From IMG/VR virus record IMGVR_UViG_3300010413_000016, positions 10,770-74,769 of that record: 64,000 bases of DNA. One strand, given 5' to 3'. A program made the position numbers and the translations under genes. The notes under the pieces were generated by a model. That model was not told the DNA's origin. It saw nothing but the letters and a program-made list of their open reading frames with translations, and did not search any database. The number at the start of each line of letters is the position of its first letter. Positions within the stretch are counted from its first letter, which is position 1. This DNA is from a virus. This document shows, piece after piece, positions 30,445-40,972 of the stretch.

Positions 30445-30965
30445 GTCTCTTTAAAGAAATTGACAAAGCTATTCGTGAAAAAGATATGGTCGAAACTGCA
30501 ATCAAGGAAGTGTGTGCCAAGCACACAGAAGAGGAAGAAGAAAGTGTCGCAAGTGCGTGTAAAAAGTACATGAATCCATCCCGAGCCAACGATTTTGCAA
30601 AGGTAATCGCGCAGCTAATGGATAACGGCGCATCTTATGGGGATGCAAAAGCACAAGCATTTGACGAAACAGAAATGCCACCTTCCAATAGTCCTTGCTG
30701 CAAATTCATTCGTTCGGCAGTTGCAAAATACCGCAAGAAGTCGGTTTCAGAATCGGAAGTAATCAACGAAGCTCGTCGTAAAGTTGGCGAATACGAAAAT
30801 GCAGATACTGGTCGTAAGGCTGTGTTGTACAAAGATCCTGAGTGGGAAGAATTTCAAGTGGAATTTTTTCAAGATGGAAAGCACCAAAAGAAAGCAACAT
30901 ATCACACCGATGACAAGCAAGATGCAATTGATACTGGAAAAGGATTTATTAACAAAAAGTTCTAA
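30441..30965 (+). CDS. hypothetical late protein
   Basis: GTG start overlapping the upstream stop; internal VSE/INE motifs. Confidence 0.6.
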   Translation: MSLFKEIDKAIREKDMVETAIKEVCAKHTEEEEESVASACKKYMNPSRANDFAKVIAQLMDNGASYGDAKAQAFDETEMPPSNSPCCKFIRSAVAKYRKKSVSESEVINEARRKVGEYENADTGRKAVLYKDPEWEEFQVEFFQDGKHQKKATYHTDDKQDAIDTGKGFINKKF

Positions 30966-30984
30966 CTAGTACACAGCATACTTT

Positions 30985-31013
30985 AAAAGGGGGACTAAAT
31001 TGTCCCCTTTTTT
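30985..31013 (+). terminator. intrinsic terminator
   Basis: GGGGAC/GTCCCC stem with a T run; TTGGAT-17-TATAAT promoter follows at 31018-31046. Confidence 0.75.
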
Positions 31014-31068
31014 ATTGTTGGATTCCACTAACGCCTCTTGTATAATATTAATATCTAGGAGGCAAATT

Positions 31069-33381
31069 TTGAAACTTCACACCAAAACAAATACCATCGA
31101 ACGGGGTGGCGTGTATGCTGAAAACGCATTCACAATTAAGACAACAGCAAAAGCGTTTGATATTCTTTCAAGTGGGTTATATACCGATCCAATCGCAGCT
31201 ATAGTTAGAGAGCTGAGCTGCAATGCATCTGATGCGCATGTGGCCGCTGGAAAACCAACCGAACCTTTCATCATTCACCTTCCAAATGAACTCGAACCAT
31301 ATTTCTCAGTAATTGATAATGGTACTGGCTTATCTGATGAAAATATTCGTGGTGAATTGGTTCCTACTACAACGGTAGAAGGTGACAGAATCGTTCCTAT
31401 GTTGGACGAGGAGGGTAACCAATTGTACCACCGCGCTGGTGGTTTATATACTACGTACTTTGAGTCTACAAAAACAGATTCAAACGATTTCGTCGGCGCA
31501 CTTGGACTTGGTTCTAAGAGTCCATTCAGTTATGCTCGAGCGTTTGATGTCATTTCACGCTACAACGGAACAAAGCTGGTATATTCTGTTTTTCTTAACG
31601 AGAGCAACATTCCTTCTGTTGCCTTATTGGGGAAAAAATCAACTGACGAACCAAACGGTCTTGAAGTCAGAATTGCCATCAGATCGGAAGACTTTAGTGC
31701 ATTCGCTGAAAAAGTATCACACGAACTTCGATTTTTCGACATCAAACCTAACATCATCGGATCATGTAATTTTGAGTTTGTAGATACTCCAGAACCGATT
31801 GTATCAGGAGAAGGGTGGTCACTATTTCGTTCTAGTAGATGGGGCAGTAACCACGTGACAGCAATTCAAGGTAATGTTGCATACCATGTCAACACTGATC
31901 AATTGTACAGCCACCTCAGTGATTCAGCTCGCGCACTTATCGGAGACGTGGACATTGCTTTGTTCTTTGACATTGGTCAGTTAGAATTTGCTGCTAACCG
32001 TGAAGAAATTCGATATGACGAAGACACACTAAGCAACATTATAGATAGACTCGAACAAATGTGTTCAGATTTAACAAAATATGCGAATGATATAATCAGT
32101 CCATATTCTGACAGTCGGTGGAACGCAGCAATTGCTTTCGAATCTCTCTCCAAGGAATGGTTTTTGGGAGATCATAATCTTCGAATATTTCTGTCTCACA
32201 AAACCAAAGAACTTGAAGATGATTCTGTTCTAAAAGATCTTGTTGTCAAGGGAAACTATGTACAAATTAACAATGATATCAGAGGACACGAGATCGTTGA
32301 ATATACATACAGAGCACGAGGCAGAATTACCAGAGAAGGAAGGGTTGAAAATACGAGTGTGAATCCACGCAGCGATACGGTTGTGTTTTACAATGATATT
32401 AAAACACGTGGTATCACTCAAATTAAAGAATATCTTCGCAATTCACAGGAAATCAATACAGCGTTGGTCATTACTCCTCTAAAAATTCCTCGAGCAGTCA
32501 ATACATTCAACGAGGCATATGAAACGCCATTTACAGATTATGACGAAGAGTACGAATATATCATCGATAGTTTGGGTCATCCTGAAGTTAAAATAGCAAG
32601 CATTGACACAGAGACTGTTAAACGAAAAATCGGAAATGGAACGAAAGCACCCATCTATATTCCAAATGGATATCACTCAGTTAGACGCGGTATGTGGGAT
32701 ACGACATACACAGCAGATTGGAAAACGGCGGAACTTGGTTCGGTGTATGATAGTACAGATGAATTTTTGTGGTTCCTGCTCGAACATCGTTCAAACATAA
32801 TTGATGATGAAGGTGGTACGGTATATTGGGAATCTCGTAGCATTAGTGATAATATAGCCAATATGGTTAACATCATAAATGAGCACTTTGGTACAAATTA
32901 CGAAATGGATAATGTGTATGGTGTCTCAGTAACAGCTCAAAGAAAAATATCCAAAAAATCCAATTGGACGAATTTATTCGAATTATATTTGTCAGCACTA
33001 GAGTCATACTCTCCAACATTGGAGTATATGCAAATCAAAAATGTAACAACAGATAATGATAATTTTGGAATACTGGCCATGCTGGAAGATTCACAAGCCC
33101 GATCCAAAATTTTAGGTCTTGATCGATCGTCGCCTTTTCGCCAAGCGGTTGAGCCAGCGATAACTAGTATAGTGGAACATGAAGGCAATGTCTCAGCAGC
33201 AAGAAAAGTTCTGAGTATCTGGAATTCCCAACGTATCTTTGACACACACGTTCCAAACGATGTTGCTCCTTTCTTTGAAAAGGGGCAATTTAACAAATAT
33301 GAAATGTTGCCGGTAGTCGGAAATTATACTCGCAACATCGACAAAATTATAAACTATATCAATCTTATAGATAGGAGCTAA
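31069..33381 (+). CDS. rIIA: RIIA protein (GHKL-type N-terminus)
   Basis: AFDILSSGLY, RELSCNAxDAH, DNGTGL and GALGLGSKSPFSY motifs; TTG start after AGGAGG. Confidence 0.9.
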   Translation: MKLHTKTNTIERGGVYAENAFTIKTTAKAFDILSSGLYTDPIAAIVRELSCNASDAHVAAGKPTEPFIIHLPNELEPYFSVIDNGTGLSDENIRGELVPTTTVEGDRIVPMLDEEGNQLYHRAGGLYTTYFESTKTDSNDFVGALGLGSKSPFSYARAFDVISRYNGTKLVYSVFLNESNIPSVALLGKKSTDEPNGLEVRIAIRSEDFSAFAEKVSHELRFFDIKPNIIGSCNFEFVDTPEPIVSGEGWSLFRSSRWGSNHVTAIQGNVAYHVNTDQLYSHLSDSARALIGDVDIALFFDIGQLEFAANREEIRYDEDTLSNIIDRLEQMCSDLTKYANDIISPYSDSRWNAAIAFESLSKEWFLGDHNLRIFLSHKTKELEDDSVLKDLVVKGNYVQINNDIRGHEIVEYTYRARGRITREGRVENTSVNPRSDTVVFYNDIKTRGITQIKEYLRNSQEINTALVITPLKIPRAVNTFNEAYETPFTDYDEEYEYIIDSLGHPEVKIASIDTETVKRKIGNGTKAPIYIPNGYHSVRRGMWDTTYTADWKTAELGSVYDSTDEFLWFLLEHRSNIIDDEGGTVYWESRSISDNIANMVNIINEHFGTNYEMDNVYGVSVTAQRKISKKSNWTNLFELYLSALESYSPTLEYMQIKNVTTDNDNFGILAMLEDSQARSKILGLDRSSPFRQAVEPAITSIVEHEGNVSAARKVLSIWNSQRIFDTHVPNDVAPFFEKGQFNKYEMLPVVGNYTRNIDKIINYINLIDRS

Positions 33382-33382
33382 C

Positions 33383-34441
33383 ATGGCATCTTTTATTAAA
33401 TCTTCTACCCACATCTCGATTGTGTTCGATGATGGGGAATCGGCAACAATTTATGCTTCACAGGAAAACTACGACCCTGTATGTGCAGCCATCAAACAAG
33501 ATGATTGGAGTCTCGCCCAGCACCTAGCGTTTCCAGTTAATGAGGTCAAGGCCAACCTTGCTCCTCTTGGTGATCGGGTTTCAGTTGAGCATGGAGTTGT
33601 GTCTTTGGATGGGACAGCAATTCATAACACTCTTACCGAGCGCATGCTACAAATGCACAGTGAAGGATTTAATATTGCTCCAATGGCAAAATTCCTCGAG
33701 AATCTGATGGACAATCCATCTTATCGAGCGGTGAACGAACTGTATACATTCCTTGAACAATCAGACCTACCAATCACCGAGGATGGTCACTTCATCGCCT
33801 ATAAACGTGTCGCCAGTGACTTTACAGACATGTATTCACATACGATGGACAACTCTCCAGGCAAGGTGGTATCGATGCCTCGCAATCAAGTGAACGAAGA
33901 TAAGAACGTAACGTGCTCACGTGGACTGCACTTCTGCTCACGTTCTTACTTACCTCACTATGGTGATGTTCCGGATTCGAGAGTGGTTATGGTTAAAATT
34001 AATCCGCGTGACGTTGTGTCCATTCCCGCAGATTATAACAATGCTAAAGGTCGTTGTAGTCGGTATGAAGTTATCAGGGATCTCCAGCTCAAAGAGACTG
34101 GAAACAATTCATACCTTCCTGTTGAACGATTGGAAAAATCATATCTGCCTCCCGAGGAAGTTTCAGCACCAATTGAAGAGATTAGAACTCCCACCGAAGA
34201 TGTTGAGCAAGAAGTTCCAAAGGAAAGTCAAACCAAAGCGGTCGCTGCCTACTACTCTAAGGATAACACTGAGCCATTTGATGTGTTTGCTTCGCCACGA
34301 GATGCTCAAGAAGCGATTGGTGTCGATTCTTCTAGTATTTCTAAAGTGTGCAGAGGGCAACGTAACACAGCAGGTGGATATGTTTGGAAGTGGACAGATC
34401 TTCCACCTACAGTAACTCTACACACCTCCTCAAGCGACTGA
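33383..34441 (+). CDS. rIIB: RIIB protein with a C-terminal NUMOD1-like domain
   Basis: FLENLMDNPS, ITEDGHFIAYK, CSRGLH, PRDVVSIPADY; C-terminal SISKVCRG...AGGYVWKW. Confidence 0.9.
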   Translation: MASFIKSSTHISIVFDDGESATIYASQENYDPVCAAIKQDDWSLAQHLAFPVNEVKANLAPLGDRVSVEHGVVSLDGTAIHNTLTERMLQMHSEGFNIAPMAKFLENLMDNPSYRAVNELYTFLEQSDLPITEDGHFIAYKRVASDFTDMYSHTMDNSPGKVVSMPRNQVNEDKNVTCSRGLHFCSRSYLPHYGDVPDSRVVMVKINPRDVVSIPADYNNAKGRCSRYEVIRDLQLKETGNNSYLPVERLEKSYLPPEEVSAPIEEIRTPTEDVEQEVPKESQTKAVAAYYSKDNTEPFDVFASPRDAQEAIGVDSSSISKVCRGQRNTAGGYVWKWTDLPPTVTLHTSSSD

Positions 34442-34442
34442 C

Positions 34443-34874
34443 ATGATAACAACTATAATTGCAAGTTTGTACTTCTGGACGCTACTAGTGAGAACTCGTC
34501 TAAGAGAGCTAACCTCACTAGTAGCTGAGGGGGCAGCTACGGTACAGCAAGCGTATTATTTTTCTGATATGGAGGATGACCACGAGACGAAAGATCAAAT
34601 CGAAAACGTTGATTTTCCTAAACTTCAACGGCATAATTTGTTGGTAGGAATATCCACAACAGTAACGGCGTGGTCACTTGTTGTTAATGCAATTTCTCTG
34701 TTTGCATTAACGTATGCTGCAATGACAGGATACGTCATATCACATGTCGTTTACATGACAACGATATTAGCAGTGGCAGGTATTAATGCAGGAACTATAC
34801 TGATTCACACAAACGTGCACAAGTGGAAAGATTCCATCAGCACTATCATTGATAAGTACGCATTACAACAATAA
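34443..34874 (+). CDS. membrane protein
   Basis: Hydrophobic segments; continues the operon. Confidence 0.55.
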   Translation: MITTIIASLYFWTLLVRTRLRELTSLVAEGAATVQQAYYFSDMEDDHETKDQIENVDFPKLQRHNLLVGISTTVTAWSLVVNAISLFALTYAAMTGYVISHVVYMTTILAVAGINAGTILIHTNVHKWKDSISTIIDKYALQQ

Positions 34875-34896
34875 CATGAAAGGAGCTTAGACGCTA

Positions 34897-35859
34897 GTGA
34901 TAACTTCTTTAACGAACGCTAAAATTTTTACAGGTAACTCTAATCCAGCCCTTGCACGTAAAGTTGCTCGAGCTCTTCATCTTCCACTAGGAAAAATTGA
35001 AGTTGAACATTTTAGTGATGGGGAGGTTCGCGTTGAAATTGGAGAACCTGTCCGTGACGATACTGTTTTTATCGTTCAATCAACTTGTGCTCCAACAAAC
35101 GACAATTTGATGGAATTGATCATCATGGCTGATGCATTTCGTCGGTCAGCTGTAAAGAAAATCGTTGCCGTAATTCCATATTACGGGTATGCGCGACAAG
35201 ATAGACGACCCGACCACACTCGAACACCAATCACATCTCGTTTGGTAGCTGATATGATTCAAGTCGCTGGTGTTGATCAAGTTGTCGTTGTTGATATTCA
35301 CTCTGGACAGCAGCAAGGCTTCTTTACTATTCCAGTCATTAATGTGTCAGCTGCACCTGAGATCGTGGGAGATATTTGGAGACATCATGGCAATAACATT
35401 GACAATGTATCAATTGTGTCTCCTGACACGGGTGGCGTTGTCCGTGCTCGTTCAATCGCAAAACAGCTCAATGACGCTGATCTAGCAATTGTTGATAAGA
35501 GACGTCCAAAAGCCAATGAATCTCAAGTGATGAATGTAATTGGAGATGTCGAGGGTAAAACGTGCATCGTTGTAGATGATATGATCGACACGGCTGGAAC
35601 TCTATGCAAAGCAGCTGCTGCTTTAGTTGAACGTGGAGCAGATAAAGTTATTGCATATGCAACGCACCCAGTATTTTCTGGACCAGCATACGATAATATC
35701 GAAAACTCAGTACTATCTGAGGTCGTAGTAATGGATACGATCCCAGTATCACACGAATCTCCAAAAATTCGCACAATATCAATCGCAAATCTTATTGCAG
35801 AGACTCTCAGTCGATCCCAAAACGGCAAATCAGTTAGTGAACTGTACGTTGGCCACTAG
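34897..35859 (+). CDS. prs: ribose-phosphate pyrophosphokinase
   Basis: FSDGE, PYYGYARQDR, VSPDxGG and DDMIDTAGT motifs. Confidence 0.95.
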   Translation: MITSLTNAKIFTGNSNPALARKVARALHLPLGKIEVEHFSDGEVRVEIGEPVRDDTVFIVQSTCAPTNDNLMELIIMADAFRRSAVKKIVAVIPYYGYARQDRRPDHTRTPITSRLVADMIQVAGVDQVVVVDIHSGQQQGFFTIPVINVSAAPEIVGDIWRHHGNNIDNVSIVSPDTGGVVRARSIAKQLNDADLAIVDKRRPKANESQVMNVIGDVEGKTCIVVDDMIDTAGTLCKAAAALVERGADKVIAYATHPVFSGPAYDNIENSVLSEVVVMDTIPVSHESPKIRTISIANLIAETLSRSQNGKSVSELYVGH

Positions 35860-35867
35860 GAGGCAAA

Positions 35868-36143
35868 ATGGATAACGTAACAAAATTCCCAACAAATTCG
35901 CAGAAAGAAGGTGATATTGTAGCTGGAACCTCATTCTATCTATTGGACGAATACTGGTTTTCACCAGGAGGAAACCAATCTACTATTGGAGTAGTTCTTG
36001 TTGAAGATTCTATAATGCATGTCGTCAAATCATACATTGGAACTGGAACGGATGCGGCAGAAATAGCAAAGTGGGGCGCTAAAGTGCCAAGAGATATGGC
36101 CGAAAGTATTTTTGGCCCTCAACCTAACTGGCATATACGATAA
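35868..36143 (+). CDS. hypothetical protein
   Basis: AGGAGG SD; IGVV...YIG...IAKWGAK pattern. Confidence 0.6.
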   Translation: MDNVTKFPTNSQKEGDIVAGTSFYLLDEYWFSPGGNQSTIGVVLVEDSIMHVVKSYIGTGTDAAEIAKWGAKVPRDMAESIFGPQPNWHIR

Positions 36144-36176
36144 ATACGAAAAAACATCATTCGTATAGGACCTAAC

Positions 36177-36746
36177 ATGAAAATTCTACAACAAATTAAC
36201 GAAACAGTTAATGCTGTGAACAAGCAACACCAGATTGTCTCGACTAACATCGATATCGTTCTCGAAAAAAGCACTGATCTTACTGCAGATCAGTTAAACG
36301 AAGCAGTTACAAACTGGTTAGCTCGCCTACGTGGTGCAGCGGAAAAAGGAAACGTCGATCCTTCCAAAAAACAAGGAATCGCATACGTACTGGGAGCTCT
36401 AATGGCGCTAAGTGATCCAAATATCGCTGATGCTCTAGATGAACGCAATGATTTGGGAACAATGCTGTATGCTGTTAGCAGTGATAATAAAGAAGACAGC
36501 AAAGCAGCTCTGCAACGCTTGGTTCAAATTGGTCGTCACCCTAGCTTAAAAAGTTACGTGGCACAAGCTAGTGAAACTTTGGATAATCCTGACACGATTA
36601 ATCAAGTTGCCAATCAACTTCAAACAAAGATTGATCAAGTAATGCGCAGCAAATTGTCGAAAGAACGTCAAACGACTCAAAGTAATCAAGCTCAGCAAAC
36701 AACTCCAAAGCTGGGCCTCAAAGATGAGATGAATAAGCAGCAATAA
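36177..36746 (+). CDS. hypothetical late protein, candidate virion protein
   Basis: ATAAATA at 36140; INE/LNE motifs. Confidence 0.6.
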   Translation: MKILQQINETVNAVNKQHQIVSTNIDIVLEKSTDLTADQLNEAVTNWLARLRGAAEKGNVDPSKKQGIAYVLGALMALSDPNIADALDERNDLGTMLYAVSSDNKEDSKAALQRLVQIGRHPSLKSYVAQASETLDNPDTINQVANQLQTKIDQVMRSKLSKERQTTQSNQAQQTTPKLGLKDEMNKQQ

Positions 36747-36823
36747 CGTAATTGGGTGACAGTTGTCACATACTATTTTTTAGGGTAATATTGTCGTAAC
36801 TGGTAATTTATCGGAGATAGAAC

Positions 36824-37027
36824 ATGGGACAGCTGAATGACATCCAACGTACGTCAGTATACAAATACATCGGCCCTACAATCGATTTTGACTTTGATGG
36901 GCCTGATGATACCATCCTCAGCGATGAGGTATTTGTAACAGATCAAATGATGGATAACTTCCGTAAAAATTGCGTCCAAATGGGACTAATGGAAGAGATT
37001 TCTATCGAAGACTTGGAACGGCTCTAG
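36824..37027 (+). CDS. hypothetical protein
   Basis: GGAG SD. Confidence 0.5.
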   Translation: MGQLNDIQRTSVYKYIGPTIDFDFDGPDDTILSDEVFVTDQMMDNFRKNCVQMGLMEEISIEDLERL

Positions 37028-37138
37028 GGCCGTTTTCCTTCCTCTCAATCGTAATAATTCCCCTTCTGGTGGATTTCCCTTTTCAGAAGGGAGAAAATAT
37101 GTTTTAAACTGAAAACATATTGATTCTAGAGGAAGAAA

Positions 37139-37384
37139 ATGAGCGTATTAGAGTGTAGTCGTAATGGTTGCGAGAACATAATGTGTGACAGATATTCTCC
37201 AGCTTATGGTTATATCTGCAATGAATGTTTCGAGGAACTAGTAGAGACTGGACCAACAACTGACATCAGTGAGTTTATGAACACTCTCAAAGAGCCCCAT
37301 AAAACTTCAAGAGCTGAAGCATACGCTCGATATGATGCCGCATTCACATTATGGTATTGGGTAATTAACGAGGAAGAAAAATGA
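37139..37384 (+). CDS. small Cys-rich (zinc-finger-like) protein
   Basis: CxxxxC...C...CxxC pattern; GAGG SD. Confidence 0.6.
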   Translation: MSVLECSRNGCENIMCDRYSPAYGYICNECFEELVETGPTTDISEFMNTLKEPHKTSRAEAYARYDAAFTLWYWVINEEEK

Positions 37385-37824
37385 AAGAAGTAAAAGGTGA
37401 TCTAATCGCCCTTGCAGAACAAGGTAACTTTGATGTTATTGTGCATGGATGTAATTGTTTTAACACAATGGGCGCTGGTATCGCTGCGACTATTCGTAGC
37501 AAATATCCTCAAGTGTACCAAGTAGACTGCGAAACGGTAAAAGGTGATCGGTCAAAGCTGGGAACATATACCGCAGCGGTCACTGGGAAGTTTGTCATTA
37601 TCAATGCTTACACACAATATACGTACAATCCAAGAACGAACCCCGTAGATTATGATGCCATTCGTGAAGTCTTCAAAAAGATCAAAAAAGACTTTGCAGG
37701 TAAGCGTATTGGATATCCTCTAATTGGTGCCGGACTTGCTGGAGGTGATTGGAACAAGATTTCGACCATCATCGATGAAGAACTTGCTGGCGAAGATCAT
37801 ACTGTTGTGATCTACCAACCGTAG
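37381..37824 (+). CDS. macrodomain (ADP-ribose processing) protein
   Basis: GDL, HGCNC...MGAGIA and PLIGAGLAGGDW motifs. Confidence 0.9.
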   Translation: MKEVKGDLIALAEQGNFDVIVHGCNCFNTMGAGIAATIRSKYPQVYQVDCETVKGDRSKLGTYTAAVTGKFVIINAYTQYTYNPRTNPVDYDAIREVFKKIKKDFAGKRIGYPLIGAGLAGGDWNKISTIIDEELAGEDHTVVIYQP

Positions 37825-38050
37825 GATGAATGACGAAACGGATATCGCGCGGTCGAATGAAGCAAGGGTTTCATGATAGTATAACAAATAGTATTCTGCT
37901 GGTTGTTGGAATACTATTTGTTGTTTTGTTTATTTTAATTGTACTTGGTGGACGCTAATGATCGTAGTAGTTAACATTGTAATAGTAGGAATTGGTGTTC
38001 TTGTTGGAACGATTTTTGCTGTAACCTTTCCAATTTGTGAGTGATTGTAA

Positions 38051-38422
38051 ATGAAAAAACAATATGATTACATTGAAGGCCAGACAATCGAAGTTAAGAC
38101 AGATGTGAATGGTTCGATTTCATTTGAAATAACGACAATGCTTGGTGATACCTATCCTGTAACATTATCATCAGAAGACGCGTCAGAACTAGTTGAAGAG
38201 CTTTCTGAAGAATTGTTACCTTGGAGACCAATCGAAACAGCACCAACTGATACGAAAACAATGTTTGTCGTAATTGCGTTGGGTGTAAAACCTGTAGGAA
38301 CGTTCCCATACGATTCCGATCCATATTGTGTGTGGCACCATGATGGTGTCTTCGTAAGATGGCCACACGACTTCCCACCGACGCACTGGTTACCACTACC
38401 TCCAAAAACAAGAAAGAAATAA
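38051..38422 (+). CDS. DUF551-like phage protein
   Basis: WRPIETAP...PTHWLPLP. Confidence 0.6.
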   Translation: MKKQYDYIEGQTIEVKTDVNGSISFEITTMLGDTYPVTLSSEDASELVEELSEELLPWRPIETAPTDTKTMFVVIALGVKPVGTFPYDSDPYCVWHHDGVFVRWPHDFPPTHWLPLPPKTRKK

Positions 38423-38433
38423 GGATCAAATAT

Positions 38434-38994
38434 ATGGGCGCGTTACTGATATACATTTTGGTAGTTGCAATGTTTCCTCTATTAGGATACTTTTTCGATT
38501 ATCGTAGTATGGGCCGAAAGGAAGAGTACACTCGCAAAGTATTTAATGAATACTTCACTGTGGGACTAAAAATTGGTACAGTTATAACCATAATCTTAAT
38601 TTGTGCATTGGTTTCATTGTCTGGCAAAGTTCTTAAATTTGGACCATCTGTTGATTGTGTTAAACAATCAACCAATATTCCGATCGTTTCTGTGTTCAGA
38701 GACAAATCTTATACCAGCAGTTTCATTTTAGGTACCGGTGGTGGTACGTCTGTAACAAAATACTATACGTACATCTCGTTACCTCAAGGACTAAAACTGA
38801 TTGATTTTAGTGTCGCGACTACTTACATCGTCGAGGATGATGATGCCCCACACTTTGAACGATTCGACTACATGTGTCCAAAGACAGTGAAACATTGGTT
38901 ACTATCAACACCACTTGAAATGAGATATAACGTTGGCAAAGAAGGCAGACTGCATGTTCCACCTGGAACCATAATGCGTAGTTTCAAACTATAG
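38434..38994 (+). CDS. membrane protein
   Basis: Two TM segments; SFILGTG...LHVPPGTI; start reassigned to ATG 38434. Confidence 0.6.
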   Translation: MGALLIYILVVAMFPLLGYFFDYRSMGRKEEYTRKVFNEYFTVGLKIGTVITIILICALVSLSGKVLKFGPSVDCVKQSTNIPIVSVFRDKSYTSSFILGTGGGTSVTKYYTYISLPQGLKLIDFSVATTYIVEDDDAPHFERFDYMCPKTVKHWLLSTPLEMRYNVGKEGRLHVPPGTIMRSFKL

Positions 38995-39003
38995 GACAAC
39001 GTT

Positions 39004-39969
39004 ATGGTAGCGAAAAAAGATGCACCAAAGCTAGACTTTGCTGGTGGTAAACTGGACATACTTGGACGGCAATTAATAATGGGCCAACAAGTTGCATTCA
39101 ACCCGCCAAAATACAAAGGAATCACAATTGGCCACATTGCTGGATTTACCGAAAAGATGGTCCGTGTGAAATATCGGGATCATATGAATAGAATTAAGAT
39201 AACGGTCGTATATGCAAGGGACTGTGCAATTCTTTAGAAAGAGGTTCGAATGAAGATAATTGAAGAACTCAATGACATTGAGGAACATGACGAATATGTT
39301 TTTAGGCTCGAAAGCAAAGAGTGTGCCGTTCGAGCGATCGCAGAACTTGGACGCCATGGGATAGTTGTTGGGGTCGGAAAGACTCCATCGCCTCATGTGT
39401 CAATCTTTACTCATGGATGGACAGGAAAATATGAGGCAGTTATTGGCTACGCTCGGATGCTTCTTAAAGGTATTCCGTATTACGAAAACAACATATTGCG
39501 ATTTAAACGATGAACTGCAAAGTCCATCTCCGTAACATGACATCTGCTCGAATTTATCGCATGTCAGTCGCACACAGAAAAATTCAAGACATCATATACC
39601 GAGCTAAGCAGCACAATCAACAATCTCTAGCTGCCTTCCTTCATCTTGAGGGAGAATACATCTTGGAATATATTACATCAATGGCTAATGTACATCCTCT
39701 TGCGATTGCGATATGTGGACATGACGACGAGGCATTTCTCATGCCAGTTCAAGTGTGTGATGATTGACGAAACGCTTTGGCGCCACCGCCTTCAAGTCAA
39801 ACGAGAGATTATCGAAATATATGGTGACATAATCACTGAGCTCCGTTTTGAGCTTACTGAGTTACAACAAAAGTATGATCAACAAGTCAAACACGCGCAA
39901 GATGCTGATCAGCGTCTTTTAGAATGTGAATATGACTTAGACAAGTTATCAGAAAAACTGAAAACATAA
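39004..39969 (+). CDS. run of four small hypothetical genes (39004-39237, 39250-39513, 39510-39767, about 39757-39969)
   Basis: Tightly packed same-strand ORFs with SDs or overlaps. Confidence 0.5.
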
Positions 39970-39989
39970 TACCCACAAAGAGATTCCAC

Positions 39990-40955
39990 ATGCATTTTAC
40001 AGTTTTGGTTACTGGAGAGAATATTGGAGAGCAACTTGCTCCGTTTCAAGAGAACAACATGGGCGACTGTCCCAAACAGTACCTTGAATTCTTCAATGTA
40101 GAAGATGAGTATAGGAGCGAGTATGAGACGGGTTCATCAACAATGGTTGTTATGTCTGATGGCCGTCTTGTTTCTCAGTACGCAGTTCAGTTCTACGAAC
40201 GCGGAGAGCTTGGTACTCGTTTTCATAAAATTCCCGAAAACCTTGAGCAACGTGAAATTCCGCACACCGAACGGTATCCAACGTTTGGAGAATTTCTCGA
40301 ATCTTGTCACGGATACGAAAAGGATAAAGAGACTGGCAAGTATGGATACTGGGAAAATCCTAACGCAAAATGGGACTGGTATCAGCTTGGCGGCAGATGG
40401 TCTGGATTCCTTCAAATCAAACCAAACCCAGTCGGTGAAGTTTATCTTGGCGACAAGAGTCTAACATTTCCGAGGCGCACCGAAAAGGGGGAAGCGGACT
40501 CTGCACTTAAGAAAGATATTGACTTTCAAAAGATGCGAATGCAAGCAAAGGTGAAAGCTCACGAAGCGTATGATGAGTTTGAAGCCGCAATCGAAAAACA
40601 CAATGTTACAGACTTTGGTGTTTCTCGTGAGCAATTTGATAAGATGCATTCGGGCCTCGGCAACAAAGAGCTCCGCGAACTTTGGTTTAATATACCGTTA
40701 AATCGAGCACTATCTAACGAACGAATTTGGACAACTGATCCTGTCGAAGAATTCTTTATTTTTACAGGTGGTCGTGAAGCATTCGTTCAACATGCTATTG
40801 ATACTTCATTTGTTCTCTACGCATTTCTTCATGAAGGAAAGTGGTACGAAAAAAGCTTTGGAAAGAACGAAAAAGTATGGGACAGCAATTTCATGTTGTT
40901 GATTGATGCTCTGCCAGATGATACAAGGCTCTCTGTCGTAGACTGCCACATTTAA
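39990..40955 (+). CDS. conserved hypothetical phage protein
   Basis: MHFTVLV, NPNAKWDWYQLGGRWSG and VVDCHI motifs. Confidence 0.75.
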   Translation: MHFTVLVTGENIGEQLAPFQENNMGDCPKQYLEFFNVEDEYRSEYETGSSTMVVMSDGRLVSQYAVQFYERGELGTRFHKIPENLEQREIPHTERYPTFGEFLESCHGYEKDKETGKYGYWENPNAKWDWYQLGGRWSGFLQIKPNPVGEVYLGDKSLTFPRRTEKGEADSALKKDIDFQKMRMQAKVKAHEAYDEFEAAIEKHNVTDFGVSREQFDKMHSGLGNKELRELWFNIPLNRALSNERIWTTDPVEEFFIFTGGREAFVQHAIDTSFVLYAFLHEGKWYEKSFGKNEKVWDSNFMLLIDALPDDTRLSVVDCHI

Positions 40956-40972
40956 TATAATAGGAAAATAAC

